From Paraspadella gotoi (taxonomy: Eukaryota > Animalia > Chaetognatha), in assembly GCA_051294375.1 (NCBI GenBank), contig CM119266.1, positions 15,617,405-15,681,404 on the forward strand: 64,000 nt of DNA, in the 5' to 3' direction. The position numbers and the translations under genes are program-made. Positions 53,923-64,000 of the stretch are shown here, piece by piece (positions within the stretch are counted from its first letter, which is position 1; every line of letters begins with the position of its first letter). The notes below the pieces were generated by a model. That model was not told the origin of the DNA, did not search any database, and was given only the letters and a program-made list of their open reading frames with translations.

Positions 53923-55157
53923 ATGGAAACCTCGCGACGCACCCCGCCACGCCCCCCGTCCTTTGAAAACCGCGCCTACTTCGACCTCCCCATGCCAGAA
54001 CCCCCGCCATCCGTGAAAACTTCTTCGCCTCGTCCCCGACCGACCGGGAATTCGCCGCCCCCTGAAATCGGCGACGGCGTCTCGGCCGGAAGGACCTACC
54101 GGCGTTCGACGACTCCCCCTCCTCCTCCTCCGCCGCCGGAAAGACGCTGCGCTGTGGGCGCCGCCGACGACGAGGAAATCGACGAGATGGGAGGCAAGAA
54201 GGACGCTTCCTCCTCCTCTTCCTCCTTTTCCGACGCGAACAAAAACCGGTTAAACTTTCCCGGGAAATTCCCGACTTCTCAGATCGAAGGAATTCCCGTC
54301 GCCGTCGACGACGAGAGCCGAGACTCGAACGCGGAACCTCGTCGAGTCGAAGGAAGAGACAATCCCGCCTTCGCCACCGAGGCGCAACAAAAGCAAAGAC
54401 GTCAGCAGCAGCAAAGACGACAACAACAGCATCAGCAGCAGCGACCAACGCGAACGTATCAACGTCCGGCGTCGGAAATGCCGTCGAACGGCGCCGCAGT
54501 GGATTTTGGACCGGCGTCGTCGCCGAGGCGTGGGGAGAAGAATGGCGCCGGCGGTTATAACCTTTACGGTGAGGAAAAGGGGAAGAGTTGGGTCAGACCG
54601 ATCAATAGAGATTTTTATATACCTTTACTTTAGGGCCATTTATTTTAGGCTTCCATTTTTTTGGCTTTTTTTTACTTTGATCTTTAAATATTGGATACAA
54701 CTTACAAAAACGCTATTACGTTATGTAACGAATGAAATAACGCAGTGAATAACTGAATAAGTACCACAATAACTTAAAAAAACCAAGAAACCAGAATATG
54801 TAAATTTAAAAATGAGACTATCAAAAAGTTTGCATAAGTGAAGGTAGTAGTTTTATATGTTGATACTTAATATTGGCTTGATTCTTTTTATAAACAAATT
54901 TAATTTAATTAGATTGACGTTGAGCCAAATTATTCTTTTTAGTAGACTCCACCAGCATGGACTCCCTATTTTAAAGTGTTTATAAAAGCTTAAATTATTG
55001 CAATTTTTACGAGGCAGAACTCAAACGGAGAAACAGAGCAACATTGGAAAATGTCTAAGTCTTAATTCTTAACACACAAAAGCCTTAATACACAAAAGAG
55101 TACAATAGATCGTTGGGAAGAAAACGTTAAAATTAAGAGAGGAAGAAAGATAGGGAG

Positions 55158-55220
<63 letters not shown>

Positions 55221-56710
55221 CGGTGTTTGAATTGACACAACATGTGGATTACAGTAGTCATATAAAGGCGGAAGTAATCGATTTTGAAGCTTAAGCTGTT
55301 GACTTTCGTTCTTCGTTCGACATATAGAAAGTTTTTCACGTAAAGACAGTAAATAAAATGTCGTCAACTCCCTTAGGTAACAAGGCCTACCCCAAAAAGC
55401 CGAACGACGACGACGACGACGACGACAAAGGATGTTACGTCCGCCATCGACGTTTTCTCGTCCTCGCTGTCTTCATCGGTTTCATCGTCGCTCTCGTCCT
55501 CATCATCGTCTGCTCCGTTTTCTTGACGAAGGTCTCCAAGGGAAGCGGGGATGGAACGAGGTGAGGTCGGGCTTTGGCCGCCTTTTTTTGACTGTAAACA
55601 AAGGAAGAAGGTGGGAACTTAGTTTTGATGTGTTCCATTTCTAATTGCATTTGCCGTCGCGAATGCTCGAGTAAATTGTAAAATCATGTACAACATGTAA
55701 ATCGCGTAAATCTCATCATTGCCGCTCTGTTTCATAACATCAGCCCCGTGGACAACAAAACAAAACCAATACCCACGTTCAGGTGAATGGAAAACAATCT
55801 CATATGATCATATACTTTTAAAAAGACTAACCAAATACAGACGTAGCAGGATTACTATCTTAAAAGTACGCATCGAGTTTTTCTATTTGAATTTAAAACG
55901 TAAATGTTTCTTTTTTTATCCATGACTAATAGGAAAATGATATTAATGAGTCAGCTTAAAGAAGAACTCTTTGCTTCCCTTGCTGAGTAATCGTTGTTTG
56001 TTGCGGACCGGTTTTTCTATCCGACTTACCTCCTGACCTTTAATCAAAGACCCTAACCAAGATTCTAAAACCGGGTTGAAGACTTTCTTTGACTCAGTTT
56101 TATTAAAACTCGTACGTTGACCTCACTAATCCTCACCTAGATAGATAATCTTCTAATTTTTCTAACGTGACCCAAAAACCCGAATACCCACCGCACAATT
56201 CCGAACCTGCATCTCATCGAAAAGGCCCATCCTCTCTCCGCAACCACTTCCCACTTTTTTTTCCGAATGATTGTATCTTTTCTATTTCACACTTTGTTTG
56301 ATCGTAAATATGATGAACGTTTTCAAATTATGTAGACGCATAATTTTTTTTTTTTTAGCACCATTTTTTTTTTGGAGGGAAAAGGATATGAAAAAAAAAG
56401 ACGAATGTGACACTTAGGGGATTGAATCTGAAAAACCGTCTGACAAAAAAGAAAAAAACAGAAGGAAAAAGAGACATAAACTGTAAAAGGAAATAAAGAT
56501 TGAAAATGATAAAGAAAACATTAAGAAATGGGGAGAGATACCGATGACAGGAGACGGAAAAGAAGAAAGAAGAAAAAAACTGTGCGACAGAAACAAAAAA
56601 AAAGAAAAAAGAAAAAAAAAACCTGGTAAAAAGAAATGAACGGAAAAAGAATGAATGAAAGAAAGAAAGAAAGAAAGAAAGAAAGCAAGAAAGCAAGAAA
56701 GAAAGAAGGA

Positions 56711-56770
<60 letters not shown>

Positions 56771-57097
56771 AAAGCAAGCAAGCAAGCAAAAGAGCCAGAG
56801 CCCGAAACCCTAAAAAGAAAAAGGCTGAGCCCAAATATGTATTCCTCCTCCTTTCGAAATCTCGACACAATGACAAACGAAAAGAAAAAAAAGAAGAAAG
56901 ATGAAAATAGAGAAACCGTCAGGACTTAAGTCAGTTCTTTCATAGAGAAATCACCGCCATCACCGATTTGTGAGGAAAAAGGAAAGAATCGGTCGACGCC
57001 AAAAAAGGAGACGGAGATAATCTCATCCATAAAATAAGAGAACGAATCGCTAATAAGGAAATGTCCTTTTCTCGACCTTGTTCCCGCTTCCAATCTT

Positions 57098-57128
<31 letters not shown>

Positions 57129-59554
57129 CTCTCTTCTTCTCCTCTTCTCTCTCTCTCTCTCTCTCTCCCAAACCTCGTCCCTCCGCAATCCCCCCATTTA
57201 GACCACTTCCGGTCCCGACCCGCGGGATCCCCGCCATTTGTCGAACATGGCGACCTATGGAGACCCTCTTCCCTCTGACGATTCCTGCTCTGAGGCGTCG
57301 GACCCGCTGAATCTGCCCCCCGCGCCGCTGGAGAGATGGTTCAACAAGGAGATGTTCGACGATTTGTTCCCCAAGGTAGAACGAGTCGTGAGGGGAATCT
57401 CGAATCTGTTTTTTTTTTTTTTTTTGCGCAGGGTATCGGCGTGTCTTTCTCTCCATCTCTTTAAGGCTTAAAATATCTGACGTCTTTCTGTTTTTATGTA
57501 TTTCTAATACAAAGAATTTGATATGAATTTGTAAACAACGATTTTTTGGGGGTATTTCTAATTAAGTGCTTGATGAGAAACCTCCGTCTATTTCTTTGTC
57601 AGTCTGTATGTTTCTCGTTTTCTCTTGATCTGTCTGTCTCTTTATAAGTGTTTTTTTTCTTTCTCATTGTGACCGTTTTTTTCAATTTTCAATTTTTAAA
57701 TTCTTACGATCTTAGAGGAGTGATTTTCTCAGTGAGATCAAGACATCTCGAAAGAGAGAAAATGTTTTAATTCTTTTCTTGATTCATATTTTTTTTTTAT
57801 TAAAAAAAAAAGGGTTTCAATTTAAAAATGAAAAAAAAAAAACTTTCTTGCCCTCCTTAAGGCCAACCTCGGTTGGGGACCCAAGAAGTGCGCCCCCTAC
57901 AACTACCAAGCCTTCGTCATCGCCGCTCGTTATTTTCCGGAGTTCGGCGACGAGTTCGTCACCCACGACGCCGTCGGCCGGAAGTTGCCCAATTTGAACA
58001 ACGACAACGACAAGTGGAAGGTTAACCGACGCGAGTTGGCGGCTTTCTTCGCTCACGCCATCCAGGTAAAAAATTAAGTTTTTTTTTTCTTGATTGGCTA
58101 ATGTCGTAAAATGTATGTACATAATTCCTAAACAACTGCGACGCCCATCCTCGCCAATTCTACCTCAACCCTCTCTTCCCGCCTTTTCTTCAACAGGAAA
58201 CGGGTGAGAACAACTTGGACCTGTTCGAGACGATCGGGAAGAGCGACCCCGTGACGGCGGAGAACTGCTTCTACCGCGGAGGCTTCTTCAATTGGTTCGA
58301 GGGCGGCCCCGTCTCGATGCTCGTCGACAACCGCGGCGCCAGACCCGAGGATGGGGTGCGATGCAATGCGGCCGGATTGTATTGCAGCACTGGAGACAAT
58401 AAATTCCTGCATCCGTGCAACAAGGTCATTCCGAGTTCGACGACGACTAACAAAAAAAACTTTTAACAAGAAACAACCGCAACCTAATTTTTTAATAGCT
58501 ACCTTAGAAAACTCTTAAGTCTCTCAACTAACTCCAAGAGTCCTTCCTTTCTCCAGGAAATGGACGGAATATATTACCGCGGGTGCTACTTCGGTCGCGG
58601 CGCCATCCAGATCTCTTACAACTTCAACTACGGCCTCTTTACTCGCTGGCTGCAACGTCGTGGCGTGACCCACAATGGGAAGCCTATCGATCTGCTGCGC
58701 GACCCCAACCTGGTCATCACCAAACGCGACCCTCCGCTAGCAATCCTCGCTTCCATGTGGTTCTTCATGACGCCGCAGCCGCCGAAGCCTTCGATGCACC
58801 ACATAATCATCGGGAAATACGTGAGCAAATTTGTGACTGTGATACGAGTGTACGTTTTTCTCTTTATTTTTTCATATTTCCCTTCCCAGGTCAAATAATT
58901 TTGTTACTAAAGTTTGAATTCAATGTTAATTCAATTCTCGCAATCGACAGCAGGCCAACAGGCCAACAGGAAATGGTTTATTTAAGACCTCCGTCCTTCT
59001 TTTATGATAATATAAGATATTGTTGTTGTTCGTCCACATATTACGATAATAAGTTTTGTTGTTAACCTTTTGTCCATTCCGCCCAGGTCTCCCCCGACCC
59101 CGACTACTCCGGCTCCGTCCTCGGCCCCACCTCCCTCGTCATCAACAACGAGTGCAACGGTGAGGACGCGGGGTTGGCGGGCGGTTCGGGCGAGTCGCGC
59201 CGCATCAAGGCCTTCAAGTGGTTCTCCGACTACTTCAGCGTCGGCATCGAGGAGGATCCCAAGACTCTCTCGTGCAAAGACTTTTCCGTGCGGGACTTTC
59301 GGCTGCCCCAGGCGCTGCTGGGCGGGCGGGAGCAGCACGTGACCTGGGACATGAATTGGCAGCGACCGGCGTATCTTCGTCCGTGCCAGTGCGCGCAAGC
59401 GTCGTACCAAGGAATCATTTACGCGATGGACGAAAAGATTTATCCCGAGTACAGGGAAGTCAACCAGGAGAACCGCCGGTGGTGCGAGGGGATTTTGGAT
59501 GCTCTATGGCCCAAGAATCAGTCATGCGTGGGCGTGCCCAACGGGCCGATTTGA
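53923..59554 (+). CDS. Glycoside hydrolase family 19 chitinase-like protein with N-terminal low-complexity region and single TM helix; exons 53923-54568, 55377-55560, (55744-55782?), 57202-57375, 57862-58065, 58197-58424, 58557-58820, 59087-59554
   Basis: GH19 motifs MFDDLFPKAN, YNYQAFVIAARYFPEFG, RELAAFFAHAIQ|ETG, WFEGG, YFGRGAIQISYNFNYG, DLLRDPNLV, ASMWFFMTPQPPKPSMH, GPTSLVINNEC and SRRIKAFKWF. The catalytic-domain exons are all phase 0. The link to the upstream exons needs one extra base near 57241 or an unseen exon. Confidence 0.88.
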
Positions 59555-59998
59555 ATTGGGGGGGAAAAGAGGAACGGGAGGTGGGAGGGAGATGGTAAGA
59601 CGTAGGAGTGGCAGTCGTGGCGTTGAAATCGGTTTTGTTATTCAGTTATCGCAGATTAGTTATATCGCGAATTATATTAGTCTTTCTTTATTTAACATGA
59701 GTCTGTTGAATAAAAACGAGATGATTAATTATATCTTGATTAAAAATTAACTTTAAATTATCAATGATAGATTTTTATTCGACGGACTTTTTTTTTTTGC
59801 CTCATTCTATGACGTTTCTTTGTTACGCCGTTTTCATATTATTTTTTTGCGAAAGGCTTGTGAAATGCTTCTGCCGACAATTATTTGACCAACGGATTAG
59901 GCTCTAATCCTGAGTATTGCTCAAAATACAAGCTGTAAATCAATTTTCTTTAATTATTTTAAAATATAATAACATATAGCAAAGTAAACTATTATCAG

Positions 59999-60230
59999 AA
60001 CGACCGTGGTTGTCCCGGTCGTTAAATAAGGCAGTTATGGCAATGGGGGACATGTATGAAGCCCTAGGTGTGAGGCATCTCCCGACAGCTGGCGCTGGCT
60101 TTGGACCTGCATGTCACTGGCACGTTTATGCCGACACCTTCACACTTTAACCAGCGTGACTAAGAGGGAATTGAACCCGGAACTCACGGTATTTAGCTGT
60201 CCAAGCCAATGGGCCGAGCTGAGTTTCACC
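59999..60230 (-). mobile_element. Putative tRNA-derived SINE
   Basis: Minus strand: A-box-like AAACTCAGCTCGG, B-box CCGGGTTCAATTCCC (60166-60180), a GC-rich body and a 3' stem-loop AACGACCG..CGGTCGTT. Single full copy in the window. Confidence 0.35.
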
Positions 60231-61680
60231 AAGATATACGGGAAGCGAATTTATGATTCGCCACACTGTTCCTCTATGGGAGGGAGCCGAGGGGTGAACC
60301 CCCCATGCCCGGCGGAACGCCAATTTCCGGTGCCGGTCTTCTTCCATCGGAGACCGGAAGTCGCCGGGGTAGATTTGACCTTATAAATGAACGACGAGAG
60401 AAACACCACGAAAAGACCTTTCACTTTGAATGGACTTGTTTTAGTGCTGTTGGTCGAGGGTCGAATAAAAAGTGTTGAATATCTAAAATCACTCCAACCA
60501 ACTGAATATATAACTGTTACAGAGAAAGATAGATAGCATTGGTAACGTTAATAACGTAGACTTAACTCCTCCGTCTTAGTCATAACAGAACGGTGTTTTT
60601 TTTTTCGTGTAAGCTAACGTCGTGATCTCCTCATTCTCCATTGCATACAATTCTTATTGACATTCTACACAATGTTGACTCATTTTGGAGAAATTCCATT
60701 ATTGTCTCGGGCTTCTTCCGTCGGATATATCGACACGCAATTTTCGATTCGCGCGATTCCTCGTTGTCGTTGTTGTCTTTTTCTCGGATCCAATCTTTTC
60801 GTGTTTTCTCATTGCATTTCTGAGCGATTGCCTTCGGGATGAGTACGGCGGTTGGATCCACCTCATGACAGATACGTACGCTATAAAACATGGTTTGTTT
60901 ACGTTAGTGACCTTTATACTAATTAATACCATATTTTCGTTCACCAATGTTAGTTAGCGTGACTACTAAGAAACCTGCAATTCTTATTAACAGACATAGA
61001 ACGAAGTATGCTGAGTCAGGGAAGCAGTAAAATGGAAGATTCGATTCTTCGCGAATAGATTGCATGATTTGCGGTCGCATCGGCAGAAAGGCCTTCGCGC
61101 AGATTTATAAAAAAAAAATCCGACGGAGGAAGAGATTTGACAGAATCGCGAACATCCTTGAATTTTGAGCAGACGGCGACGAAGATTGCTTGCAAAAGTC
61201 AAGTTTCTTTTTTGATTTTAGTTATTACAAAGAACCATTTAAAAAGTTGATAAACTGCTATATTACTGCTTTTACCGCTTTTCTTCTGTTGCCTTATGGT
61301 GTAATTCGTGCGAGGCATAAAAAAAATGAAAGAAAAAAAACTATGGGAAAAGCGACGCAATAAAAGAAAAAGAAAAGAAATACGATGGCAGCAAAGACAT
61401 GAAGATACTTAGCAATGTCCGTCTCCAAGAGAGAAAAAAAAAAGCAGGGATCAACCAACGTCCAAATTGTCTTTGCCTTCTCTCCACATGAATATCGCAT
61501 CGAAATGAAGACCGAATGTGTACTTTACGCTTCATACTACGCCAACTTAATCGTTATATCAACATTATCGAATATCGGAATATGTAATAAATGAGAAATT
61601 CCACTTAAACCGTTTTTTCGCTTCCAACGGAGAAAATTGAATAAACTGCTTGGAGGCGAAGAAAGAAGATCTTGGATCGC

Positions 61681-61711
<31 letters not shown>

Positions 61712-64000
61712 CCGATTTTAAGGTGAGATTGATGGACGCAAACGGCTTGTATCGTCAGCGATTGATGGTTTAGCGCCGATGGGAATCAGTTTTAGCTCTG
61801 GTATAACTTATGGCTTAATAGTTTGATTAATAAATGAAGCCCGTCGAGATTTACGATCTTTGTCTCATCAATTTAAAATTTAGTTTTAAAACACTTAAAA
61901 CACGATTGTCGAGGATCTGGTTAATGTAATTTTTCTGAGATTTTTCTTTCATGATCTGTTTAGAATTGGAATCTGGAAATACATGTAGTGAGAGACCATA
62001 AAATAAACGCATTTTATCAGTGCTCGAAAAAAGGAATGGCAATATTTTTTCCTTCCACGTTTTCTAGAAAGCATAATTATAGTAGAATGGCCTCATAACC
62101 TTTTAATTTTTTTTTGTATGAGTTGACCTTTTGTCACTTCCTTTCGAAGTTTTTGTTCGTTTTTTTTTCAGTCCACAAATTCCTCCAAAACTTCAGTAAA
62201 TGGCAAACTCATTCTTACATATGAATAATTACATAATTTTTTTGGAGCAAATTTTCATAACTAATTTTTTTTCAATTTTAGGCAACGGATTTTCACAAAC
62301 TACGAATTCGCCTGAAAAAACACTTGAATATTAGACATCATTTTACATACATATAAAGAAACGGTAATAATTTTTTCTAACCGAAAATCGGAGATTTCTT
62401 TACCCACGCCGCGATGAATTTTCGGCGACAATTGATGGAAACCTTCTTCGACTTAATATTTCTTTCTAACTGGCGCCAATGGTGCCGACGACGAGTCCAA
62501 GACTCCTTTGAGCCGCCACGCCCATAAAGCATGCTTTTCAAACTTCTTATTCTGTTTATTTCGGCATGACAGTAAAGTATTAACACTCAGCTACAAAGAA
62601 ACACCGCAGTATATAACCCACAATTATTTACCGAGCTTTGCCAAGTAACTAACAAGGTTTGGAGGACTTGAACAATTCCCAAAAAAGCTAACAAAAAACA
62701 AAAATTAATAAAAAAAAACTTACGTAAGTCTTAGGAAGTCTGGTTCAGTGACAAAGCAAAGACGAGTCTATTAACTCACGATCTAACGATAAAAGGATAA
62801 AAGGCGAAAGGCGCCATCACGAGGGTAAGAATAGAGGCACACTCTACATCGCACGAAGACCCATAACAAAAACTTAAGAGCTATTCGGACAGATAGAAAG
62901 TGAGAGAGAGAGTGAGACGGGGAGAGAGTGAGTCCTGGGAAAGGCGACGACAAAGAAGGGGTCGAGCGACTAACAGCGAATAAAACGATCGAGATTGAGA
63001 ACGAGACATTAACTCCGACCCCCGACGCTTCTCGTCTCTCCCTCTCTCCTCAAATCCGCATCCTCGACGAAGGCACGAGTCCTTCCGGTTTTTCCCTTCG
63101 TTTCTTCTCCGCGAGAGTTCACCACTAGATTTTTAGCACGTCTCAGCCTCGTTCCTCATCGAACGAAAAAAAAGGAGCATCGACGGGGGGAAAATAGAAT
63201 CGCGACTCCGACTGAGTTAAATTTAAATACGAAAAAAGGGCGATTTAAATGGCAACGCTGGAGACAGAAATATTATTTGCCGAAGAGCCCGTGTCAGAAG
63301 CAGAAAGCATAGAGTTGAAATTTTGAATTCGAAAAAAGATAGATGCGGAAATAAACGAATACAAAAAGAGAAAAAAATCGGAAGATTATTAAATAGAGAT
63401 CTATAGAATATTTGATGGGCGTTCTTCCTTTTTAGCCGTCACACGTGACGAAGAATGAGAGGCGGTTTGTGTCACGGAATAATCGTCATTAATATCACGA
63501 AATTCCTTTTTTAAAAATCGAGAGACAAATTAAAAAAAAAGAACAAACTGTGGCGCATGAGATACTAAAAACCTAAAAAACGGAGAAATTAATACAACTA
63601 ATCGACAAGAAGGTTCAAATAGCATTAGAATCACATTAACCTGGTTGACGATCATAAAAACTTACAACCATTAAAAGAAATCTACCTCCTCTTTTACCCC
63701 CAAAAAAAATTTAATGGAAAATTGAGGATTGGAAGCAGAAGAGAGTAATTCCAAAGAAGACCGTCGGAAAAAAAAAACCTTTTTCCATTGCTCTCCTAAA
63801 AGGGTCGGCCATTTTTACTTTTGTGAGTCGTAACCCAACTTCCCTCCCTCTCCTGATTTTTTTTTCTCGAAAGAATCGAGAGAGCGAGAGAGAGAGAGAG
63901 GAGGTGGGTCGAATCGTCTCCAACTTGACCATAGATTTCAAAACACAGATACGATGGTATTTTCTGTCGAGAAATTGAAGACCCGGTCTTCTATCAATCC

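Noticed and set aside
60631-62590. Series of short minus-strand ORFs with some splice-like sites
   Set aside because: I could not build a phase-consistent model or recognise a domain. It may be a divergent or decayed gene but is not supportable.

Overview
AT-rich, microsatellite-rich genomic DNA from an invertebrate animal, inferred from GT-AG introns, GC/CpG-rich exons, many (GA)n tracts and the gene content. There are two 100-N scaffold gaps. All calls are by eye; no searches were run. Four intron-containing genes can be reconstructed: a pancreatic-lipase-family gene (31.5-33.8 kb, +), a DUF229/alkaline-phosphatase-superfamily gene (34.2-38.0 kb, -), a secreted fibrillin-N/EGF/cbEGF protein (44.2-49.1 kb, +) and a GH19 chitinase with a predicted type II membrane anchor (53.9-59.6 kb, +). 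The left 24 kb is a repeat-rich accessory region. It holds frameshifted exons of the YjgF/RidA-like C-terminus of a DPH6-like gene and an intronless AT-rich 772-aa XK-related (scramblase-like) ORF. A 6.6 kb block occurs twice around the gaps, and the first copy is full of indels, so it may be an assembly duplicate. Mobile DNA includes a TA-flanked Tc1/mariner-type foldback element, a hAT-type element with 8-bp TSD, Helentron-associated (HINE/DINE-like) elements and Penelope-type minimal hammerhead ribozyme motifs, two of them back-to-back in one long palindrome. I found no convincing novel multi-gene system. The best leads are the membrane-anchored GH19, the extended XK-like protein and the hammerhead palindrome.
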